A DNA stretch of 64,000 nucleotides, taken from contig CM069131.1 in assembly GCA_035221665.1 (NCBI GenBank), positions 172,174,001 to 172,238,000 on the forward strand. The letters run 5' to 3'. Below the pieces are notes generated by a model. It was not told where the DNA came from. It searched no databases and saw nothing but the letters and a program-made list of their open reading frames with translations. This DNA comes from Okamejei kenojei. Its lineage: Eukaryota. Shown here piece after piece: positions 51,380-61,812 of this stretch (the stretch's first letter is position 1; each line of letters begins with the position of its first letter). The translations under genes were made by a program, and so were the position numbers.

Positions 51380-53230
51380 AAGTTTGATTATAAAAGCTGG
51401 GAAGTTATATTGCAGCTGTACAAAATGTTGGTTAGGCTATATTTGGAGTTTTGCATACAGTTCTGGTCATTACATTACAGGAGGAATGCGGAGGCTTTGG
51501 AGAGGTTCGCCACATTGCCTCGATTGGAAATATTGCCTGGAAGGAGAGGTTAGACAAACTTGGGATTGTTTTCTCTGGAGCGATGGAGGCTGCGGGAGGA
51601 ATTTAAAGGCAGTGGGGGGAAAAATTAAAATGGTGTTGAGATTATGGCTGGATAAACCGTATTACTGGGCGATGAGGCTTGCCCGAGTACCAACTGTTTG
51701 TTAATTTGTTTTGTAAATGCAGTAAAATATGAAGTTTCGTAACCATGTAAACATTGTTTGCATCATTGGTAATGAACAAATGAAGGAACCTTTGGTATTG
51801 ATTTATTATTGTCACATGTACCGTGCGATACAGTGAAACTTTGTTTTGCGTGCTATCCGGAGAGATCATACCTTACATGAATACAGTCAAACCATACGCA
51901 AATACAAGCAGTGGAAAAAATAAAAATAAATAGTGCAGAAGAAAGTGTTACAGCCACAGAGAAAGTGCAGATTAATAAAAACAAAATGGCCACACAAGCT
52001 AGGTTGGGAGATTGGGACTACACCCGTAGTTTGAGACTTGTATTCAATTCAATAGTCTAATAATAGCATGAAGAAGCTATTCGTAAATATGATGCTATGT
52101 GCTTTCAAGCTTTGGTATCTCATGCCTGATGGTTGAGGGGAAAAGAGGTAATAACTGGGATGCAAGTGGTCCTTGATTATGTAAGTGCGTTTATTGGCCA
52201 AGTATTCACATACAAGGAATTTGCCTTGGTGCTCCGCCCACAAGTAACAACATGACATACAGTGACAGTTACGAATGACTCCGAAAATTATGTTGGCTGC
52301 CCCAAGGTAGCGTGGTGCAGATAAGATGAGCGGGAGAAGAGGCATGGACTGAGTTGCGTCCACAACTCTGCATTTTCTTGCTGTTTAGTGCAGCGCAATT
52401 GCCAAACCAAGTTACGATGCATTGGAATCGGAATGAAATTGTAACGTACGTAATTTAACGTACAGTGGATATCTGTAAATCAGTCTCTTTTGCATTAATA
52501 ATGCCTTTGTGTTTGGCTTGTGCAATGTGAGTTTAACTCTCTAGAATGTATCTTTTTTAGTATTTCAATTACCTAAATTTTTAGAAATGCCATCCTTTCA
52601 ATTCAAAAAGTGTAGCAACATTAATGTGGTGTAATAGCTGTATAATAATTATATGGAGAACAATCCTTGGTGTAGAATTATGATCCACTACCTATGCGTG
52701 GCAAAGCAAAATATGCCATATTCTGAACATTACTTTGTACATAGAACATAGAATGGTACAGCACAAGAACCCACAAAGTCTGTTTGAACATGACGCCAAG
52801 ATAATCGCTTATCTACCTGCATACAACCCATATCCCTCCATTCCCCGCATTTCCAGGTGCCTTTACAAGTCGTTTGAATGCCATTAACATATCTGCTTCA
52901 ACCACCACCCCCGGCATTGCGTTCTCTCCATTAAATTCTACTCCTCTCACCTTAAAATATCCCCACAATTTGACTTTTCAATCCTGAATAAAAGATTCTG
53001 TCCACCCTATGTATGCTTCCTACAATTTTATACTCTTATATTAGGTTTCCCTGTAACCTCTGACATTCCAGAGAAAACAATCCAAGTCGGTCTAACCTTG
53101 TAGCTAATCCACCCTAATCCATGCATCATTGTGGTAAACCACCTCGGCACCCTTTCCAAAGTTTCCATCTTTCCAGTAATGGGACTACCAGAACTGCACA
53201 TAATGCACCGGATCCATCTGTACATCATGC
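51380..53230. mobile_element. Cluster of decayed CR1 (+ ~51380-51640; - ~52735-53230) and Rex1 3' (- ~51790-52430) fragments
   Basis: LYKMLVRLYLEFCIQFWS peptide. Tail TTATTGTCACATGTACC. ACATAGAACATAGAA tail. Confidence 0.7.
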
Positions 53231-54411
53231 TGTTAAGGGTCATGCCATTAATTATGCTCATAGGTCATACTATTAATGAGAAGTATCTTACTTCACCAAA
53301 ATTTCTATCCAGCATTGTTGCTGGAGCAGAAATAATTCTGTAGTGCAATTTTCAGTGCAATACCACAACAATTGCATCTAATCTTCCTGTAGTTGCAGCA
53401 TGGTACAGTGAAAGATGTAGGAGTGTAATTTTTGCAAGCAAGCACCACAGCTGAGTATCAGACTGCACCTACCAGCAGTCTGGCCTACCACAACGGATGG
53501 TCTACCTATAAGAACAAATGAGTAACAGCGGTGAATAGAAATTACAGTTGACCACTAGCATCTGTTAAATTGCTTATATATGCTGTTAACTAGGCTGTTG
53601 GTTGAACTTTTGGTTATGTAATTAAAAACAGCCTTTTGTATACTGGATGGAAGTATAATTGTTAATAATAATCTATGCTACTAACTTGCTTTATATACAT
53701 CTTTACATTGCACCTGAAGTATCCAATTGTTTTGAACTTCATTTTAACAGAATTCAGACCAACAATTGGCTTATATTCATAGTGACATTCACATCCTTAT
53801 TTCCAAATTCCTTAATTGATTCTGTAGCAATCAAGTTTCTGCACATGCCACAGCCACAATGTGCACATGACATGCATTTGACTGACTGACGAAGGTCGAT
53901 TAGCCTTCATTGTTCTTGATTCATATGCTCTGTACCACCTCCAGCCCACCATCTCTCCAAGTTACTTCCCCTTCTGCAATCTTGTCAGCTTGATTATTCC
54001 CAATTTTAAACATGTTACCTTTGGTGGCTGACTTCTATTACCAAGCACTTAAACCAATTTATCAATCAATTCTCCACCTTTACTCTTCTCCTTTAGGTGC
54101 TCCTTAGAATCTACCTCTGGCCTTGCTTTTGATCCTCAACTCTTGTCAAGTTTAATTTGATATTGCTCCCTTCAAACTCGCATGGATCTTTTTTGTGTAT
54201 AAAAGGGAATCTAAACTCTCGTCTGCTTATATCATTTCCATATGTGTAGGAGTTTATGGGATGTTATAATCTTTTAACTTCAGCCCAAATTTACCATTGG
54301 AATACTTCCATTTATTTAATAGCAAAGCCGTCTTTCTAAAGAAACACTAATAACAGTTACTTTAAATATGCAGTTTACAGCAAGTTTATCTAATTCCAAA
54401 ATTACTCCACT

Positions 54412-54555
54412 AATAAAGATGCTAAGTGCCGGAGAAACTCAGCAGGTAAGGCAGCATCTTGGAGCACGTGGACAGGTGACGTTTTGTGTCGGCTGACCCT
54501 TTGAGTTACTCCAGCATTTTGTCCTTTTTTGTAAACCAGCATCTGCAGTTCCTCA
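54412..54555. mobile_element. Inverted pair of Penelope-pLTR/hammerhead-type fragments
   Basis: GGAGAAACTCAG...GGTGACGTTT followed by TGAGTTACTCCAGCATTTTG...CAGCATCTGCAGTTCC. Confidence 0.7.
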
Positions 54556-56230
54556 ATTCTCTCTTCACTTCGAATGTTGGGCAGTATTTTTTTCAGACTG
54601 AATATTGATTTTTTAAAAAAAAATCCATTTAATTCTAATAAATGCTGATTTTAGTAAAGGCACCTATTCGTCCTATGACAGAATGCCAATGCATTTTAGA
54701 AGGGGAGGCAGACAAGAAAAGTTGCATCTTTTAGGTCTCTAACCTTGGATGATTTCACTTGGAGCAAATCAATGCCGTCCACAGTTTGTTTCAGCAATTC
54801 ATTTCTTGGGGTGTTATGGGAGGGGTTGCATATTGCTATGAGGAATGCTGGCAGAGGAGAAAATCTCTCTATGCTTGTTTTTATTTTTAAGTACGCCAGC
54901 TTGAAGTCCGTTGTGTGGCTATTAAACGACATCTGCATCCATTTAGTTGTGATATGCTTCATTCTCTTATAGCATGCTGGGCCTTGCAATTGAGACGCAT
55001 TTCAAGCCATAACAATTACAGTGACAGTGAGAGGGCATCACAAGGATACAAGTAATCAGAGTAAAAATATTAAGACAAAAACTCTGCATGACAATTGTTG
55101 CAATCAGCATTGTTTAATTAAAATTATAACAAGATACCTTTATGTATATATCAGCGTTAACCTCTGTTTTTGGTGCACTCGAAAGCACTTACAGTGCCCT
55201 CCATAATGTTTATTTGTCTCTGTACTACACAATTTGAGATATGTAATAGAAAAAATCTATTACAGCTGATGACAGATGAATTCTCTCGAAAATAAAGAAA
55301 AATCCCCAAACCCCTGTCTGACTGATCAGAAACGCTCTTCAGGAGTCAGGTGTGAATTTGTCAATGACCACTACCCGCTGAAGACTTCATGAATAGAAAT
55401 GCAGAGGCTAATCTGCAAGATGCAAACCACTGATTAGCTGCAAACATAGGATGGCCAGGTTACAGTTTGCCAAGAAGTACTTAAAAGATCAACCACAGTT
55501 CTGGAAAATGGTCTTGTGGACAGATGAGATGAAGATTAATTTATATCGGAGTGATGGCAAGAGCAAAGTATGGAAGAGAGGAGGAACTGCCCAAGATCCA
55601 AAGCATTCCACCTCATCTGTGAATCACAGTGGTGGGGGTGTTATGGCCTGGGCATGTATGGCTGATGAAGGTACTGGGTCGCTTATCTTCATTAATGATA
55701 CAACTGCTGATGGTAGTAGCATAATGAATTCTGAAGTGTATCAACGCATCCTATCTGCTCAAGTTCAAATGAATGTCTCAAAACTCATTGGCCGGCGGTT
55801 CATTGTACCGCAAGACAATGATCCCAAACATACTGCTAAAGCAACTAAGGAGTTTTTCAAAGCTAAATGATGGTCAATTCTTGAGTGGCCAAGTCAATCA
55901 CCCGATCTGAGCTCATTTGAGCATGCCTTTTATATGCTGAAGAGAAAACTGAAGGGGACTAGCCCCCAAAACAAGCATAAGCTAAAGATGGCTGTAATAC
56001 AGGCCTGACATGGCATCACCAGAAAAGACACCCAGCAACTGGTGATGGCCATGAATCACAGACTTCAGGCAGTCATTACATGCAAAGGATATGAAACAAA
56101 ATACTAAACATGAATACTTTCATTTACATGACATTGCTGTGTCCCAAACATTATGGTGCCCTGAAATGGGGGGACTATGTATAAATACTGCTGTCTATGT
56201 ATAAATACTACATGGTGAAACCTAAATGTA

Positions 56231-56364
56231 TCTTCTTGCATAGGGTGTGCACAGCCTAAAGTTGTAAAATAACTTGTTCTGTTTGATCTTCCGTTTGTGC
56301 ACACCGGGTTGATTGCATTCGTTGAAACAGGGTGGACCGCGTGAAGGTTGTAATCTCCCACCCC
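56231..56364 (-). mobile_element. 134-bp retroposon with an HDV-like ribozyme head (copy 1), inserted in the Tc1 right IR
   Basis: TSD ACC(T/A)AAATGTA at 56220-56230 and 56365-56375. GAA-type tail. Second copy at 61068-61197. Confidence 0.88.
56311..56364 (-). ncRNA. Predicted minimal HDV-like (CPEB3-like) self-cleaving ribozyme
   Basis: P1 GGGGUGG/CCACCCU (G1-U wobble), P2 GAUUACA/UGCAAUC, P3 ACC/GGU, L3 UUCACGC, GU, J4/2 ACGAA. Confidence 0.8.
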
Positions 56365-56519
56365 ACCAAAATGTATACAAATGGCCTTTATTAAAATCTG
56401 ACAATGTGCACTTTAACCAGATGTGATGATTTCTATTACAAATCTCATTGTGGAGTACAGAGGCAAATAAATAAATGATGGGTATTTGTCCCAAACATTA
56501 TGGAGGGCATTGTAAGTAA

Positions 56520-56645
56520 GGAATGTGCAGGGAGGAACTGCAGATGCTAGTTTACACCGAAGAAAGACACAGAATGCTGGAGTAACTCAGTGGGACAGGC
56601 ATCATCTTCTGGAGAAAAGGAATTGGTGACATTTTGGGTTGAGTC
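56520..56645 (-). mobile_element. Penelope-pLTR/hammerhead-type short unit
   Basis: GGAACTGCAGATGCT...GCTGGAGTAACTCAG...GGTGACATTTTGGGTTGAG. Confidence 0.75.
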
Positions 56646-56689
56646 ACTTTTTTCAACCTTCATCAGATTCAACGCAGGAAGTACATTTA

Positions 56690-57012
56690 AAGTTATGTGA
56701 GATGTAGGAAACACTGCAGTCAATAAGCATACAGCCAGTTCTCTCAAACAACATTGTGAGCATGAAGTTTGGCTTCAGTAACGTTACTTGAAGGGTTAAT
56801 ACTGACCTCATTTAAAATAAAATGGTATGGGATATCTGGTGGGCCAGACGGAGGAGGGAGACTTGGTTAACCTCATCGACAGGCAACACTTTCAACAGTG
56901 CAATGACCATTCATTGATTTGGGCAATCTTGGCATCCATTCTGAAAACTGGAGTGGGACTTGAATGCACAATTCTGATTTAGATAACAAATGCCACTAAG
57001 TTACTGCTGACA
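56690..57012 (-). mobile_element. Ancient DeuSINE (SacSINE1/AmnSINE1-like) relic
   Basis: ATGTAGGAAACACTGCAGTCAAT...CACTTTCAACAGTGCA...CTGGAGTGGGACTTGAA resembles the recalled Deu domain and tRNA head. Confidence 0.6.
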
Positions 57013-58658
57013 TTGATAATACCAGGGCGATAGAAATTTCAGTTGTTAAAACAGTTTAGTAAAATGTTCTTTGTCAATTTTCCACCCAAAATCATTAATA
57101 CTAGCTGGGGCCCAAGCACCCATTCCCTGTGGTGCTATCTGCCATATGGGGAAGAATACCTGTTTGTTCCTGTTATCTGTCTCTTGGCTCTCAACTAGTT
57201 TTTAATCCCATTCCAGTATATTAACCCAATCCTATCTATGTGCTTTAGTGTTATACACTAACCATGGGCCTTATCTAAAGTATTCTGAATGTGGAAATAC
57301 ACCACAAATTCCAGAAATCAAAATACCTTGATTAAATATTTATAAGCAAAATACTGAGTGCTAACAATCTGAAACAATAACAAAAAATACAAACACTAAG
57401 CAGGTCAAACAGCATTCAAGAATGGTTAGTTTTTCAGGTCAATGAACTTTCAATAAACTGCTTGGTGATTGACAGAATTACATGTATTGAACTATCCATG
57501 TTAGAAGTCAATAGCACTGCAGAATTGATTCCGTTTTTACATAACCAAACCTGTGTGAGAGAATCTTGTCCACTCACCCAGTGGCTAAAGATTTGAATCT
57601 CGTAAAATGTCTCTCTACATAGCTCCCTTGCTTGTTTAAAAAACCTGTAGCGAATATTATAATAATTGCATGCTACTAATAGTTTAATTTTACCTGACTA
57701 ATTTTGAACTCTTGTCACAATTCTAAGTTTGGAAAGTAAAAACATAGGTGCTGAAATAGCAATTTGGGTGTGGAGTTTAAGTCTGCTATTTAAATATCAC
57801 TTCAGATTTCAGAAAGTAATCATGAAGAGCTGTTAGCAATCAAGTTATCAGTCATTTATTTAGATGTATATTGTTGCTTTGCGTTCGTTTTGCATTGACC
57901 TTTGACTTCATGGCACAGATCCACGGGTGAGTTTCCACTGGAACTATTCGCTGTAGTGGAAAGTTTTAATATTTATTCTCCTTGGTTTGCATTCAAATTG
58001 TACAGCTGTCGTTTTAACCAAACCCTTCTCTTTGCAATGTTGTGGGTTTTGTTTCAGGATCTTGCATTTCACATCATTGTGGTTTCAAAGTTCAGCTTGA
58101 TATTGGCTCAGCAAAACCTTTGCTAAGCAAAACTAGAAAAGCCTGTGCTGAAGTCATAAAGAAACTAAGTTCACAGGCAGTTTTTTCAAATTTAAATCTT
58201 TGTTTGGGATGTTTGTGATGTTTTTGTGGGCTTTTATACAGAATGGCTTTCCTACAAACCAAATTAATGCCAAACCTTTGAAGGTTACAGTGTAATATTT
58301 CAAAGCCCAACAAAGGTGAATTAATACCAGTCCAGTGCAAGCTGTGGAATTTTGATGTTTTGCATTTTAAAAGGTGAATACCAATGGAGCCTCCTCCAGT
58401 GTCAGTGCTGGCAGGTTCACACAGCCCACAGTTCATTGTTCTAACCCCTGGAGTGCTAAGAATGAGCCCAGCTGGGTTAATTGAGTGCGAGACCAGACAC
58501 TGGATTGGTTGCGAAGAATGATGGCTGCAAAGCTGGGCTGGGAATGAAATAGAAAGCAATGACTGACCTACATCCTGCTCTTTTGAAAGCAACACCAAGC
58601 AGCTCTAACATGGTGAGGTCAACAAGTGAAGCAGCTGGCATGAGACCTCCTAGAGACA

Positions 58659-58686
58659 CGGGGGGGGGGGGGGGGGGGGGGGGGGG
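58659..58686. repeat. Poly-G run (~27 nt); similar poly-C runs at ~5141, ~9161, ~14060 and ~42106
   Basis: Directly visible. Confidence 0.9.
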
Positions 58687-60049
58687 TCAAAGAGAACTTT
58701 GTAAATAGTGTTGTTTTACTATATTTTCTCATTGCAAGGTGAATATCTCTTAATGAAAGTGATTCTATGCAGTATTTTGGAGGATATTTTCATAAGAATG
58801 CAAAAGCTACCCTGTCATTTTTATTCATCAGGTTACTTACTTTATCATAACGGACAGTTTTATTGTAATAGCCAACGACCCAACTGACTGAAATGCTGGA
58901 AGAAGTATGTAGTCATTGTGAAAGTATTGAGTAAACGGTTTATGTAGCTACTTTTGGTATTAGTCATCGGCCTTTTAACGTACTACGAAGGCACTCTTAG
59001 AAGTCTGTGCTGAATTCAGGCGGAGTGATTTATGAAGTACACTGAATAAGAAATGTGTTCTAGGATTTCAGAAAGGTCTATAAAAAGATTTTACAGCTTG
59101 TGAACATCTATTGAGGAACTGGAGAGAGAGACTATTATACTACACAGTTGCTTAAAAGTTGCCTTAGCTGAACTATCAACTATCTCCCCCTCTTGTCCTT
59201 GCAAATAAAACTAGCTTTACATCTGTTTAACATCCAAATGTATTTTAAGATGATCAAACGGTTAACCTCTTTTTACATTGTTTTAAAAAGAAAAAAGTTT
59301 GCGACTATTTCTCCAGAAGACTGGAAAAGTAAAAGCGATGCGATTGGTTTAATTGCATTTTTCAGGCCAATTGTATGCTTTTGCTTATGAACATAGAATA
59401 TTTCAGATATAAATTTTGTGGGTGGTTTTGGTGCCTTCCCCTTTTCCTTTAAATTTCTTCCAGTCCAATAAACTAAACTAAACTAAGCCCTTAAATTTCT
59501 TCCAGAATATAATATGTCAACATATGGCTGGTGTGATGGTTTCTGCGTGACAGATCTTATCAGGGCTGACTGTGATGCAGTAAACTTGACCACCTATCTC
59601 GGTTTAAAGCTCTATTTTTACAAGCACTATTTAGTGTTGCCAAACCTTTTATACAGCAGTTAACTTTGCTAGTCCTGGTTTGCCATTGTTAAAGCAAGCC
59701 AGTACCAGCATATTCTGGCTCGCTCTGCTGAAACTGAAGCAAAACAGGCCACTATGAATGTATGTACGGTTCAGTATTAACCGTTGAATGGCAACTGAAC
59801 GCTGATGGCAGTGAGGAACCGACAGATCGGCCTTAACAGCATTATGTTACAGACAATTCTTCAAAATTAAGTTATCAGGTTGCATTTTGAGCAGAATAAT
59901 AACCATTTTGCATCAGTACAGAAACATAATTGTTCAATTAACTATTTAAAATCCCATGACTTCAGCTCCCTGAAGCTTCAGGACTGTACTTGCCATGTTT
60001 ACATTTCCAAAATGCCTGACATAGCCCATATCTTTTGATAAGGTTTCTG

Positions 60050-60830
60050 AGCCTAAATTCGGGAACAGTTTCTACCTCACTGTTACCAGACTATTGAATA
60101 GTTCTCCCATAAGCTAGTTCCGATCTCTCAACCTACCTCATGTGGGGCTTGCACATTTTAATGGTCTACTTTCTCTGCTTATATAATACTGTAACAGGAT
60201 ATTCTGCACTCTGGTATTTTTCTCTTTGCACTACTTGTACTTGTGTATGTGCACTACTTGTACTTGTGTATGTGCACCTATGTGCACATTTTTCAGGATT
60301 TGCTAACTTGCAAGTACCATTAACTTCATGCAAGTGCCTGCAGATGCAATTAATGTTGATTGCAAATGTTAGTTATTTTAATACTTCACTGTTTTGACCA
60401 AGACATCCCGACATACCTTTCAGCAAAACTGTTATAACATAAGAGTTGTGATCACCCTACTCATCCTTAGGCTGACAACCAACTATTTTGTCATGCTAAC
60501 TTTAAGGGTCTAAGTTGGTGTCTGACGGTATGACACAAACTTATTCATCTCGTTCCTGCGCAATAGCTCATTGTTGTAAAACTTGGTGTCAACGGCAAAC
60601 TTAAAGATCGAGCTACAGTTGTACTAGACATCGTCATGGATGTACAAGGAGCGGAGTAAGGGACTGATCACACAACCCTGAAGGACACCAGTGCTCGGAG
60701 TCAGGATGGAGGAACTGTGACCAATTCTAACTGAGTCTGCCAGTCAAGAAGTCCTGAAGCCAGTTAGCAGATGGATGTCCCAAGCCATGGTCCAAAGGTT
60801 TAGGGATGAGCTTATTCGATATCATTAGGT
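60050..60830. mobile_element. Rex1-type tail (+, ~60050-60280, with a short tandem duplication) and RT fragment (-, ~60500-60830)
   Basis: TTCGGGAACAGTTTCTACC tail. Minus strand reads GVLQGCVISPLLRSLYIHDD...KFAVDTK. Confidence 0.6.
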
Positions 60831-61067
60831 TGTTCGCTGCTCTCCCTCAATTTCCCTTTCCATCCCATGGCCGTAATCAGACAAACATGCTTCTCCCTCT
60901 TGTACATGTGCATAGGGGCTGCGGTAGGAATGTGGGACAGGAATTGTTGGGGGTAAACCTTGGACATGTTTAAACATCAGAGTACTAACATTAAAAAACC
61001 AGCCACTTCATTTTGAATTGACCACCATTTTGGTGTACTGCATATTGTATTGCATGCATTTTCCTGT

Positions 61068-61197
61068 CTTCTTTCGTGTGGCGTGCACAGCCTAAAGTTG
61101 TAGGACAACTTGTTCTATTTGATCTTCCGTTTGTGCATGTCGAGTTGATTGCATGTCTAAACAGGGCGGACCACGTGAAGGTTGCGATCTTCCACCC
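61068..61197 (-). mobile_element. 130-bp retroposon with an HDV-like ribozyme head (copy 2)
   Basis: Perfect 13-bp TSD TGCATTTTCCTGT at 61055-61067 and 61198-61210. Colinear with 56231-56364. Confidence 0.9.
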
Positions 61198-61289
61198 TGC
61201 ATTTTCCTGTAGTTTTCTTTTACTTATACTTGTTTTATTATTTTTGCGATCCAACCCTAACTTAAAAGATTTTGTTTGACCTTAAGCTT

Positions 61290-61812
61290 ATTCACAAGTT
61301 CACACGTTATAGTAGAATTATGCCATTCGGCCCATCAAGTCTACTCCGCCATTCAATCATGGCTGATCTCTGCCTCCTAATCCTATTTTCCTGCCTGCTC
61401 CCCATAACCCTTGACAACTGTTCTAATTAAGAGTTTCTGCCTTAAAAATATCCACTGACAGCCCTCTGTGGCAATGAGTTCTACTGATTAACCACCAGAT
61501 GACTAAAGAAGTTCCTCCGCGCCTCCTTTCTAAAAGGCCGCCCTTTAATTCTGAGGCTACAACTTCTGGTCCAAGACTCTCCCACCCGTGGAAACATCCT
61601 TTCCACATCCACTCTATCTATGCCTTTCATTATTCTGTAAGTTTCAATGAGGTCCCCCATCAACCTTCTGAAGTCCAGTGAGTAGAGGCCCAGTGCTGTC
61701 AAACGCTCATATCCTAACCCAATCATTCCTGGAATCATTCTTGTAAACATCCTCTGGACCCTCTCCAGAGCCATAACGACCTTACTCAGATGTGGGACCC
61801 AAATTTGCTCAG
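61290..61812 (-). mobile_element. CR1 3' fragment
   Basis: LERVQRMFTRMIPG...LGLYSLDFRRLMGDLIETY. Confidence 0.88.

Larger units (their letters stand above)
55192..56512 (+). mobile_element. Second copy of the Tc1 element, internally deleted, DD34E pseudogene
   Basis: TA|CAGTGCCC...GGGCATTG|TA. VLWTDE, QDNDPKH and SPDLSSFE give 34 residues between D and E. In-frame stops are present. Confidence 0.93.

Noticed and set aside
58092-58598. 168-aa minus-strand ORF
   Set aside because: No recognisable homology or convincing splice context, so more likely non-coding.
58659-58686. Functional G-quadruplex
   Set aside because: Homopolymer length is unreliable in assemblies, and similar C/G runs recur in the window without shared context.
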